Positions 52,350-61,462 of a DNA stretch of 62,881 bases are shown here, one piece after another. Position numbers and translations under genes: made by a program. Origin of the DNA: Nostoc linckia z4 (lineage in GTDB: Bacteria > Cyanobacteriota > Cyanobacteriia > Cyanobacteriales > Nostocaceae); contig NZ_LAHA01000035.1 of the NCBI RefSeq assembly GCF_002608075.1, forward strand, positions 14,453-77,333. Direction: 5' to 3'. Position 1 is the stretch's first letter, and the number at the start of each line of letters is the position of its first letter. The notes under the pieces were generated by a model. The model was given only the letters and a program-made list of their open reading frames with translations, was not told where the DNA came from and made no database searches.

Positions 52350-52685
52350 TCAGGCTACGCCATATTGCGTATATTGGCGCAAGTGTGATGGCTGTAGTCC
52401 TAAAACAATATCCTCTCTGGGTACTCCCATTTCAGTCAACTCTTGGGCAATTTGGATATCAGTCATATTACGCTGAATCCATATTTTTTCATCTTTAATA
52501 TCGAGATGTATCACACAATTATAAATGCGATCGTATCCATACCAGCCAATCTCTAAAATCTGGTAATGGTCTCGCGCTGTATCGAATATCAGTTGAATTT
52601 CAACATCTTCCTCTGAAGGTTGGTAACTGCTATATTTAGTTAATAACTTTTGAATATATTCACGATATTGGTCTAGCTTTGCCAT
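52350..52685 (-). CDS. xisI: XisI (accessory factor of fdxN-element excision)
   Basis: 111 aa. The N-terminus MAKLDQYREYIQKLLTKY and the size match XisI. Overlaps xisH by 13 nt, as in Anabaena. Confidence 0.75.
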   Translation of the reverse strand: MAKLDQYREYIQKLLTKYSSYQPSEEDVEIQLIFDTARDHYQILEIGWYGYDRIYNCVIHLDIKDEKIWIQRNMTDIQIAQELTEMGVPREDIVLGLQPSHLRQYTQYGVA

Positions 52686-53089
52686 TGCACAATCACCTCA
52701 TCATTTGGATCGTAAACTATTAATTTAACTTGATATTCTTGTACTGAACTTTGGGCAAAGTCCCGGCTAAATAGCGATCTATACGTTGACAGTGGAACTG
52801 CTAGGAACAAAACTCTCTCAGGTTCTCTGAGTCGCAAAGCTAATCGATAATTGAGAAACTGCCCCAAAGCCGCATGGTAGTCAAAAAGTTCTGAATCCCC
52901 TAAAAAACTTTTGATTTCAACAGCAATTTTCTCTGTTCCTCGCTCAGCTGCTAAGATTTGTTCCGCACCTAAATCGATTGACATTTTATCTTTGCCAAAC
53001 TTAACCACTAGCGGATCGTGCGTAATAATCCACCCTTCTTTTTCTAGTCCCCGTTTAACGGCTTCATGAAAAATGTCTTTTGCAGACAC
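52673..53089 (-). CDS. xisH: XisH (accessory factor of fdxN-element excision; endonuclease-like fold)
   Basis: 138 aa. MSAKDIFHEAVKRGLEKEGWIITHDPL matches the XisH N-terminus. Paired with xisI. Confidence 0.75.
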   Translation of the reverse strand: MSAKDIFHEAVKRGLEKEGWIITHDPLVVKFGKDKMSIDLGAEQILAAERGTEKIAVEIKSFLGDSELFDYHAALGQFLNYRLALRLREPERVLFLAVPLSTYRSLFSRDFAQSSVQEYQVKLIVYDPNDEVIVQWQS

Positions 53090-53309
53090 GGACAGAACCA
53101 GAACCCAATAACCTTATGATACCGAACTATGATTATGCTGCATTGCACTTTGCGATAAATATAGGAGGAATGCGATCGCCTGCTGATACAATGAAGGTGC
53201 GTTGCCCTTTGCGACAACGCACCCTACATTAGAGATGCGATATTATAATTTGATTTCCTGTCTTATTAGAATTACCTCAAGATTCAGGATTGCTATATCG
53301 TTTACATTA

Positions 53310-54332
53310 TCATTCCAAAACTGTAGATGATGAGGATTTAGATACTTGAGTCATTTGATACTCGATCTGCGTAATTGCAGACATTATACTGTATTCATGC
53401 CCTTCTAATAGAGCATTTTTAATCTCTCTAACTTGCTCTAGGAGAGCTTTTCTAAGATATGGCTTTTGTTTAGATACGTAAGAATGATGACTCCAAATAT
53501 CAGAACCAATGATAAGAAATCCTGCTATCCAACCAGCAGCACACTTCGCTGCAAATGATGTTATTGCCTTGCCTAATCCTGCTTTAAGAGCAGTTTTACA
53601 GCCTAACTTCGCTAAAATTTTAGTGGCTTGTTTGCCGACATAAGCAATAAATTCTGTAGAAGATAATGTCATTTTCATGCCATATACTGCGCCTGTTATT
53701 GCCATGTCCTTTCCCCCCTTTTCAATCCAATATGCGATGTTACTAAACTGATAAATAATTCCCCCTTTTTCATAAGTTATCTTGCTGAGTTCCATGCTTA
53801 ATTCCTGAAACTCAACATTAGAAAGTTCATACTTGCATTGAATTTCCATAAAACCTTTTGCTAGTTCTACTGCATAAACATCAACCGTCTGTGTGAGTAT
53901 ATTCTGCATTTTTCTTTCCATCTGAGTAGGTGATAAAATATATACTTCAATCTTTTGTGCAACTTCTGTCTGTAGTGACTCTTTAGAAATAAGAGACATT
54001 AGACCTATTTTCTTTTGATAAAAATAATCAAAATATTCTTCCATGAAAACTTCTATATTTGGTTGCAGAGATTGAATCCACTCTTCTAAATGCTTATCTG
54101 CAAAGTCCTTGGCTTTAATTTTTGATTTCTCAAAAACAGCTAAAATTTCTTCAAGGAATTTCTCGCGGCTAAAATGTCTGTTAACTCTGTGCTTTTTATT
54201 TGAACCGCCAGGATTGTCTGACAAACTATATCGAGCAGTAAACAAGTAGATAAAGCACCAAAATATCAATAACATGGCTGTACCATAGCCTAGTACACTG
54301 CCGAAGGAATCAAGAAAATGGGAAAGCATCAC
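53310..54332 (-). CDS. Hypothetical membrane-associated protein
   Basis: N-terminal TM helix and a C-terminal hydrophobic region. AT-rich codon usage. Co-oriented directly downstream of the P-loop NTPase gene. Confidence 0.35.
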   Translation of the reverse strand: MMLSHFLDSFGSVLGYGTAMLLIFWCFIYLFTARYSLSDNPGGSNKKHRVNRHFSREKFLEEILAVFEKSKIKAKDFADKHLEEWIQSLQPNIEVFMEEYFDYFYQKKIGLMSLISKESLQTEVAQKIEVYILSPTQMERKMQNILTQTVDVYAVELAKGFMEIQCKYELSNVEFQELSMELSKITYEKGGIIYQFSNIAYWIEKGGKDMAITGAVYGMKMTLSSTEFIAYVGKQATKILAKLGCKTALKAGLGKAITSFAAKCAAGWIAGFLIIGSDIWSHHSYVSKQKPYLRKALLEQVREIKNALLEGHEYSIMSAITQIEYQMTQVSKSSSSTVLE

Positions 54333-54527
54333 TTACTCGTAATGAATTACGCAGATAGCTTACCAAAACACTGATTTCGGAAGTTTCGGGAGAAAGGTAG
54401 TCCGCACTCAACTACTCCTACAAGGATTTCCAGACCTCAAGAACAAAAAATCCTTAGGTTCTCATGAGGTTTTTTCGTAAATTTTTTGTAAATTTTTTAT
54501 AAATTTTTATTAAAAATGGGGGCTAGG

Positions 54528-56225
54528 TTAATCTTGAAGGAAACGTAACAAGTCTGAATTTTGTAAAAAGTAACTAAAACTAGGATGATATAACCTATAG
54601 TGCAACTTTCCGTCCACTTCTTGTTTATATAGAAACTGTTTCCACTCCTCTAGTATTAACTGAAGTTCATATTGAGATTCAAATAAAGAAACCATATCAG
54701 TGAAAGATATTAGGCTAACATGACCTGAACTAGCATTAGCTAACTTACGAAGAAGCCGCTTGTGTCTGATATCACTTTTGTGATTAATATTCATACGGCG
54801 TAAATGACTCTCGTAATACCCTCTCAAACCTTCTGGAAGATTATCAAGACTATCCAAGTTTTTATAAACGCCTCGCTCAATATCTACTAATACATTTTTT
54901 AAATACCTAAAGTTTCTTTGACTTTTAAGTGTAAGAGTTTCAATAAGTTTTTCTTCACTTTCAAAAAGTCTTTCTTCACTACATGTTTTATCATCTTGTG
55001 AAGTGCGAAGCTTTTCTCTTCTGTCTAAATACTTTTTGATATATGTTCTACAATCTTCCTTCCATGTGTCACCAATAAGGCAGCTAATATCTTCTATCAT
55101 TAAAGGCACTTCAATTTCTAAGAAAATATTTTTTGGACGCTGAGACATAAAGAAAAAAATACCTTCTGGAAGATATTCCGGCAATTTTAGTATATTTTCT
55201 GACTCGTTGCTTAAATATACTTCGTCCAAAGCATCTATGACAATAACTAACTGTGACTTGTGCTTATGTAAAACTTTTTTACTTATCTCCTCAAGTAAAC
55301 TATTAAGTAGCGAAATATCAACATTTTCTAACTTTTCTTTAAAATGTCTTAGTTGATCATAATATTTATGATATAATTGGTTACAAATACTTTCTAGAAA
55401 ATCATAAATCTGGTTAAGTCCTTGGGGTTGCTGTACAAAAAAACAGGGACATTTATTTTCTAATACATACTTAGCTAGTATTGCTGTTTTTCCAACTCCA
55501 GGATCGCCCTGCAATATAAAATATCCTTGTGAATGATCTTTTTGAAATTTTTTAAATCTCTCAATAATATCTTTTCTTTCAATAAAATCTTCTGGATCTG
55601 TATGGTACTTAATTAAAGTCTGAAATTCTAAAGGAGGTTCAAATATATTGCTATTAATAAAGGAATTTGAATTGCCAAAAAATTCATTTTCATAACGTTC
55701 TTTTAGGGATTTAATAGTTTCATCGTTACTTTCGCTGATAACAATATTGTTGACAGTAAATCTCCAATCTTTAGACCCCTGCCTTGTAGATTTATGGCGA
55801 TCATCTTTTAGAAGTTTGTGTTCATCTGCATCCTTTATTACGTCTCCAAGTGATTTAATTACAGTTTCCTTTTGAAAATCGTTGGATATATCAGGATAAT
55901 TTTTACAAAAATCCTGTGATTCTTGTGAGCATATTGAATTTTTTACATACGAATTAACTAGATTTTCTAAATTTTTTAGAGTGCAACAAACTTCAATAGT
56001 TTTATTCCTTATATCATCACTAATGTTTCCCTTGAAATCCGGATATGGTTTATTTTCATCCTCACCTTGATTGCGAATGTAGTCTTTTAATGCCATAATA
56101 AGTAAAATAGCCCGTTGCATTTTTTTGTTACTAATTTTTCTGTCTTCTTTCGATGCGTTCATATTTGATAATATATATAAATAAGAGTTTGCACATTTTT
56201 TAGGTAAGTATATATAAATATACAT
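54528..56225 (-). CDS. P-loop NTPase of the NACHT/STAND-like class with a unique about 230-aa N-terminal domain (start probably at an internal Met)
   Basis: Walker A GDPGVGKTAILAKY, Walker B LVIVIDALDEV, a helical C-terminal region. Strongly AT-rich. Confidence 0.55.
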   Translation of the reverse strand: MYIYIYLPKKCANSYLYILSNMNASKEDRKISNKKMQRAILLIMALKDYIRNQGEDENKPYPDFKGNISDDIRNKTIEVCCTLKNLENLVNSYVKNSICSQESQDFCKNYPDISNDFQKETVIKSLGDVIKDADEHKLLKDDRHKSTRQGSKDWRFTVNNIVISESNDETIKSLKERYENEFFGNSNSFINSNIFEPPLEFQTLIKYHTDPEDFIERKDIIERFKKFQKDHSQGYFILQGDPGVGKTAILAKYVLENKCPCFFVQQPQGLNQIYDFLESICNQLYHKYYDQLRHFKEKLENVDISLLNSLLEEISKKVLHKHKSQLVIVIDALDEVYLSNESENILKLPEYLPEGIFFFMSQRPKNIFLEIEVPLMIEDISCLIGDTWKEDCRTYIKKYLDRREKLRTSQDDKTCSEERLFESEEKLIETLTLKSQRNFRYLKNVLVDIERGVYKNLDSLDNLPEGLRGYYESHLRRMNINHKSDIRHKRLLRKLANASSGHVSLISFTDMVSLFESQYELQLILEEWKQFLYKQEVDGKLHYRLYHPSFSYFLQNSDLLRFLQD

Positions 56226-56381
56226 AAAAAATTATTATACATTTAGTCTTTGAATAAACTCTTTGCTTTATATTTACTTTACAAATAAAATTCAACAGGT
56301 TTATCAATGATTATTTTAGAACGAGTTTTTTACCTGACGGGGCAATAAGCACCTCAGAATCCTTATCATGTATAAATTTAA

Positions 56382-56600
56382 CTATATGAACTGATTGCGT
56401 GTTATTGTCGCATCTGTGATGCTAATACTTCCACTGCGCGATCGCCTCGTAATTGCTGCTATAATTTCCACACCAGTTATTGCAGCAATAAATACCTCAT
56501 TGTTGAGAGTTGGATCGAATAAGCCTAACACCCAAGCAGATCCAGTTTCACTTATATAACGCTTAACTAATGCGCTACTATCTATGAAGTATCTTGCCAT
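56382..56600 (-). pseudogene. vapC: Truncated PIN-domain (VapC-like) toxin gene
   Basis: PIN N-terminal signature MARYFIDSSALVKRY, but only 72 aa before a stop. Only about 150 bp remain before the start of the neighbouring AT-rich NTPase gene. Confidence 0.4.
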
Positions 56601-56873
56601 TTAACGGCGTTCCTCAATGATAGTTTCAGAGACAGGCTTTCCCTCGACCTGAATTAGTCTTCGTTCAGCTATTGGTTCGTAAGCAAAATGCTTAATTTGC
56701 TTTACTAAGCCAGAATCGATTAAAGCTTGGTGAAATGCTGTTTGCTTAAGATTTTCCTCTTTAACAGCAAGATACTTTTGAATTGTTTGGCTAAGTTGTT
56801 GAAGCTCTGTTGTTTCCAGTGTCTCAAGTTGCTTAAGTATTTGGTTTAAGGTTTCTAGTGCCATACCTTTCAA
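56601..56873 (-). CDS. Putative antitoxin partner of the truncated vapC
   Basis: 90-aa ORF. Its stop directly abuts the PIN ORF start. Confidence 0.35.
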   Translation of the reverse strand: MKGMALETLNQILKQLETLETTELQQLSQTIQKYLAVKEENLKQTAFHQALIDSGLVKQIKHFAYEPIAERRLIQVEGKPVSETIIEERR

Positions 56874-57049
56874 ATAATTATTGCTTTTATAGAGTTTTTT
56901 GCTTAACAGTTGAATTTAATAAATCTAAAATTTAGATACACTTAGCTCGAATATCTAACAAAGTGGAAACCTATACAGATGAGTTACTATAAGCTTATAT
57001 TAGTAGTAAATTTGACAATTGAACACACTACACAAAATTTTTTAACAAT

Positions 57050-58351
57050 TCAACTTCGCTTATAAACGATTTCCATTTTCAACTTCTCAACCTCTAATCT
57101 CAACTTTTCATTTTCCATTCTCAATTTAGCATTTTCTTCCCTAATTAACTCAACTTCATTCCTCTTACTCAACGCCTGATTCATTGCTAACTTTCGCATA
57201 TCTAGCGAAAACCATCGCTGATAAGTTTGCGTGTGAACTTGGACGCTATGACCTAGATTATCTGCTGCTGCTTTAATTGGAATTCCTAAAATATGCGCTC
57301 GAATTGCCCAAGCGTGGCGTAAATCATAAGGCTTAAAATCTAAGCCGATTTTACGAAACCACCAACTGACTCGTTGTGTTAATGCCGTGATTTCTGCATA
57401 ATTAGTATTATCTTTTTTACTAATTGCCGTTGCCAGCATTTCTAAATATTTGGGATTCCTTAAATCAAATTCCTCAATCCATTGTTTATATAAAGGTAAA
57501 GCTTCTCTCTCGCCAGTCTTACAATCTTTATGAACCTTCCAGGTTAAATCCAAATTTTCTTGACTTAACCACCAATCGATGTCAGGATTAATAAAAAGCT
57601 CGCGCGGTCGTAAACCGAAAACTGCTAACATTCCATAAGTCCAGCGCCAAAGCTGCCAGCTATCTTGGACATTTTGGTTAACTTGATTGCCTCTGGTATT
57701 TAAGTATTGTTCAAACTTGCCAATCCCCTCAGCTATTTCTGCATCAGTCGGTATATTGCGGGAATTATTCTCTGGCATTTTGGAGTATTTTGATAAATCG
57801 ATTTCGATTTTGAACGTCTGACAAAATACAGCGATCGCTCTTGCTGCATTATACTTAGACCATTCCTTATCGATTCTTTCAATCGCATTTATCAAATTCT
57901 CAGAAGTCGCCAAATCAGCAGGATTAGTAAATCGCTTAGTTCGGGAAATATAATAAAAAAAAGTATGTTCGCTTTTAGTCGTCCGTTTGTGAGTTTTAAA
58001 ATATTCATCTTCAAATTTTTCCAGCAATTCGCCAATTGTTTTACAATCTTTTTTAATTGCCTCATTGCCTAAATATTTTTCATTCCATGCAAAAGTTTTA
58101 CGAGCAATTAACTTTCCTAACTCATAAGCTTCTTCCTCAGCCGTTTTTAACCCATCCAAATTAGCAGGAATATTCAAGCTGAGATTGTATTGCTTTCTAC
58201 CAGTGCCATTTTTATCCTTGTCCCCAGGTTTAATCGGTAACGTAGCGCGTAATTGCAGACTTCCATTAGATTCTCGAATTGTTACCTTAGTCTTTGCAGA
58301 CTTCAAACGCAGATTTACCGTCTCTAATTCCAGTAATACTTTTGATTTCAT
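57050..58351 (-). CDS. xisA: Site-specific tyrosine recombinase XisA (nifD-element excisase)
   Basis: C-terminal catalytic region with R...HxxR...Y motifs (DLRHAWAIRAHILG; QTYQRWF). Located at the nifK-proximal end of the element. Confidence 0.85.
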   Translation of the reverse strand: MKSKVLLELETVNLRLKSAKTKVTIRESNGSLQLRATLPIKPGDKDKNGTGRKQYNLSLNIPANLDGLKTAEEEAYELGKLIARKTFAWNEKYLGNEAIKKDCKTIGELLEKFEDEYFKTHKRTTKSEHTFFYYISRTKRFTNPADLATSENLINAIERIDKEWSKYNAARAIAVFCQTFKIEIDLSKYSKMPENNSRNIPTDAEIAEGIGKFEQYLNTRGNQVNQNVQDSWQLWRWTYGMLAVFGLRPRELFINPDIDWWLSQENLDLTWKVHKDCKTGEREALPLYKQWIEEFDLRNPKYLEMLATAISKKDNTNYAEITALTQRVSWWFRKIGLDFKPYDLRHAWAIRAHILGIPIKAAADNLGHSVQVHTQTYQRWFSLDMRKLAMNQALSKRNEVELIREENAKLRMENEKLRLEVEKLKMEIVYKRS

Positions 58352-58715
58352 GTGTTCTGTTTACAGCTTTGCAGACTTGAAGCGAAATAATTCGTAATTT
58401 AAGACTCTTGATTGCGGGCATTGCTGAATTCTTACTCTCTGCGACTCTCTCTTGAAAAGTTCAGATGCCTGCGGCAAGCCCCTTCGGGTCTACGCCGGAA
58501 GCCGGCGCTCCGACTTTTCGCTGCGTCTGTGCGTGAGTAAACTCATATTTTAAATCAGCAACACATAATTACAAATTACGAACTACGAATTCTCCTTTAG
58601 CCTATATTTAGTCTAAAAATAAATGCGTTCTCAACGAACAATGTTTAATTCTGACATTGCTCATTGCAAACATTAACCCCTCTAAAAAAATAAAAGCATT
58701 AAAAGGATTACTCCG

Positions 58716-58855
58716 GCCCTTATCACGGTTATGATGGCTTTGCTATCTTCGCTCGCGATATGGATTTGGCACTCAACAGCCCAACCTGGGGATTAATTGG
58801 CGCTCCCTGGAGCAAAAAAGCTGAAGCTAAAACCAAAGCTAAAGCAACCGCCTAA
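58716..58855 (+). CDS. nifD: NifD 3' segment (C-terminal 46 codons), in frame after the right-hand GGATTACTCCG repeat
   Basis: Translation from the repeat gives [49 protein letters not shown]-stop, the conserved NifD C-terminus. Confidence 0.9.
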
Positions 58856-59137
58856 AAAAACGAGAGAGACATAAGTATCTGGGGTTAATACCCCAGGAGG
58901 GAGTCGGGAATTCAAAATTCAAAATTAAAAATTCAAAATGATGTGTTTTGCTTTTTGCATTTTGAGTTTTGAGTTACATTTCCACTCCCTACGAAGAAGT
59001 AAAAAGTAAAAAGGCAAAAGGCAAAAGAGGTTCGATTAAGTTTTTCTTCTCTTTTTACTTTTTACTTTTACCTTTTAACTTACTAGTTCTGCCGATTCCT
59101 CCATTAGTAATTAACTCAGCAAGCTTGGAGATCAGAA

Positions 59138-60673
59138 ATGCCTCAGAATCCAGATAAAATTCAAGACCACGTAGAGCTGTTTCACCAGCCGGAATACCAA
59201 CAATTATTCCAAAACAAAAAAGAATTTGAAAACGGTCACGACCCCGAAGAAGTAAAGCGGGTTGCAGAATGGACTAAGAGTTGGGATTATCGCGAAAAGA
59301 ATTTCGCTCGTGAAGCTCTAACCGTCAACCCTGCTAAAGGTTGCCAACCTCTAGGAGCAATCTTCGCTGCTGTTGGATTTGAAGGCACTCTGCCCTTTGT
59401 TCAAGGTTCCCAAGGTTGCGTTGCGTACTTCCGCACCCACTTAACCCGTCACTACAAAGAACCATTCTCTGGTGTATCTTCTTCCATGACAGAAGATGCA
59501 GCGGTGTTCGGTGGTCTGCAAAACATGATTGATGGCTTGGCGAACTCTTACCAACTTTACAAGCCCAAGATGATTGCTGTCTGCACCACCTGTATGGCAG
59601 AAGTAATTGGTGATGACTTACAAGCTTTCATCAACAACGCTAAGAAAGCTGGTTCAGTTCCTCAAGACTTCCCAGTTCCTTACGCTCACACCCCCAGCTT
59701 TGTTGGTTCCCACATCACTGGTTACGACAACATGATGAAGGGTATTCTTTCTAACTTGACCGCAGGTCAAAAGAAAGAAACCAGCAATGGCAAAATCAAC
59801 TTCGTTCCAGGTTTTGACACCTACGTTGGCAACAACCGCGAAATCAAACGCATTGCTTCTCTGTTTGGCTTTGACTACACAATTCTAGCTGACAACAGCG
59901 ACTACTTGGATTCACCCAACACTGGTGAGTTCGATATGTATCCAGGTGGTACAAAGCTGGAAGATGCAGCAGATTCAATTAATGGTAAAGCTACAGTATT
60001 CCTGCAATCACACTCCACAGTCAAGACCCGCGAGTACATCGAAAAAGAATGGAAGCAACCAACCGTTGTTTCCCGTCCTTGGGGTATTAAAGCTACTGAT
60101 GAGTTCTTGATGAAACTCAGCGAACTATCTGGTAAGCCCATTCCTGAAGAATTGGAAATCGAACGCGGTCGTGCAGTTGACGCAATGACTGACTCCCACG
60201 CATGGGTTCATGGCAAGCGCTTCGCTATCTACGGCGAACCCGATTTAGTGTACAGCGTTGTGGGCTTTATGCTGGAAATGGGTGCTGAACCAGTTCATAT
60301 TTTGGTTCACAACAGCAACGAAGAATTTGAAAAAGAAATCAAAGAATTGCTTGCTTCTAGCCCCTTCGGTCAAAATGCAAAAGTTTGGCCTGGTAAAGAC
60401 CTGTGGCACATGCGTTCTCTGTTGTTCACCGAACCCGTAGACTTGTTGATTGGTAACACCTACGGTAAGTACCTGTGGCGCGATACCAAGATTCCCTTAG
60501 TAAGAATTGGCTATCCTATTATGGATCGTCACCACTTGCACCGCTACAGCACCATCGGTTACCAAGGTGTAATCAACTTGCTCAACTGGATTGTAAATAC
60601 AATCTTCGAGGAAATCGATCGCAACACCAACATTCCTTCCAAGACCGATATTTCCTACGACTTGATTCGTTAG
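59138..60673 (+). CDS. nifK: Nitrogenase MoFe protein beta subunit NifK
   Basis: 511 aa. The NifK N-terminal extension and conserved Cys for the P-cluster. Confidence 0.95.
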   Translation: MPQNPDKIQDHVELFHQPEYQQLFQNKKEFENGHDPEEVKRVAEWTKSWDYREKNFAREALTVNPAKGCQPLGAIFAAVGFEGTLPFVQGSQGCVAYFRTHLTRHYKEPFSGVSSSMTEDAAVFGGLQNMIDGLANSYQLYKPKMIAVCTTCMAEVIGDDLQAFINNAKKAGSVPQDFPVPYAHTPSFVGSHITGYDNMMKGILSNLTAGQKKETSNGKINFVPGFDTYVGNNREIKRIASLFGFDYTILADNSDYLDSPNTGEFDMYPGGTKLEDAADSINGKATVFLQSHSTVKTREYIEKEWKQPTVVSRPWGIKATDEFLMKLSELSGKPIPEELEIERGRAVDAMTDSHAWVHGKRFAIYGEPDLVYSVVGFMLEMGAEPVHILVHNSNEEFEKEIKELLASSPFGQNAKVWPGKDLWHMRSLLFTEPVDLLIGNTYGKYLWRDTKIPLVRIGYPIMDRHHLHRYSTIGYQGVINLLNWIVNTIFEEIDRNTNIPSKTDISYDLIR

Positions 60674-60821
60674 AAATTACACGGTTACGCAAGTTATTAG
60701 GAACTAGCGGGTAGGGACTGGGGATTAAAAATTGGGGACTGGGAACTTAATTATTCCCAATCCCCAATGCCCAATGCCCCATACCCTATACCCACTCGCA
60801 AATTTAGCATTTACCTGAGGC

Positions 60822-61178
60822 ATGAAATCAATGGAAACTATTAATCACACTCACACCCATACTCATACTCATCCCCATCCTAATTACCATCCACCTAATT
60901 ATCAAAAACGTGGAATATTAAACAATATTCTTAATCCTTTACGTAATGTTGTGGATGGAATTCAGGTTAAAAATAATCGTCTTGCTCATTTAATTTGCCA
61001 AACAATTCCTTGCTGTTGTCCCTTTGAACGCCGAATAAGATTATTTGGGCGGGTTTTTGATATTCCGGCATTGTGTAAACTCAATCCTTTATATGATGAA
61101 TTTGTAGGATTGCGTTTTCGTGCTTTATCTTATCTCGCCGATGTGTGTGGGGAAGATGTCACGAAATATATTTGTTAG
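60822..61178 (+). CDS. Mo-dependent nitrogenase C-terminal domain protein with an N-terminal His-Thr repeat
   Basis: CCCPFERRIRLFGR...KLNPLYDE signature. N-terminal HTHTHTHTHPHP is encoded by a CA/CT-rich microsatellite. Located between nifK and nifE. Confidence 0.6.
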   Translation: MKSMETINHTHTHTHTHPHPNYHPPNYQKRGILNNILNPLRNVVDGIQVKNNRLAHLICQTIPCCCPFERRIRLFGRVFDIPALCKLNPLYDEFVGLRFRALSYLADVCGEDVTKYIC

Positions 61179-61462
61179 TCAATGGATTTTGGATTTTAAA
61201 TTTTGGATTGAAAGAATTCAGAATTCAGAATTCAGAATTCAGGAGTCATAATTCAGAATTCAGAATGGGCTATGCCCTGCTGCGCTAACAGGAGTCAGGA
61301 GTTAGGAGAATATTTAATGAATAAAGATATTAATCATACTAGACTCATTACAAATTCTCATTTCTGATTCCTCGCTGTTGAATTTTTGCTAAAAATCTAA
61401 AATCCAAAATCTAAAATCCAAAATTGTCTGTCGAAAAACTGCCATCCACCAAGAGAAGAGAG

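Larger units (their letters stand above)
26217..58715. mobile_element. nifD element: about 32.5-kb developmentally excised insertion in nifD, bounded by the 11-bp direct repeat GGATTACTCCG (26206..26216 and 58705..58715), with xisA at the nifK-proximal end
   Basis: The exact 11-bp repeat occurs at both junctions. Joining them gives ...WDYS|[46 protein letters not shown], a normal NifD C-terminus. A XisA-like tyrosine recombinase gene lies just inside the right border. The repeat and the xisA position match the Anabaena PCC 7120 nifD element, but this element is about three times larger. Confidence 0.85.

Noticed and set aside
58380-58700. Possible additional gene between xisA and the right border
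   Set aside because: There is no ORF of meaningful length. The region holds only short GC-rich hairpins, possibly regulatory sequence or a recombination-site context.
59902-60440. Small ORFs inside nifK and other nif genes (for example 59902..60141 minus strand, 60258..60440)
   Set aside because: They are overlapping or antisense to highly conserved nitrogenase genes.
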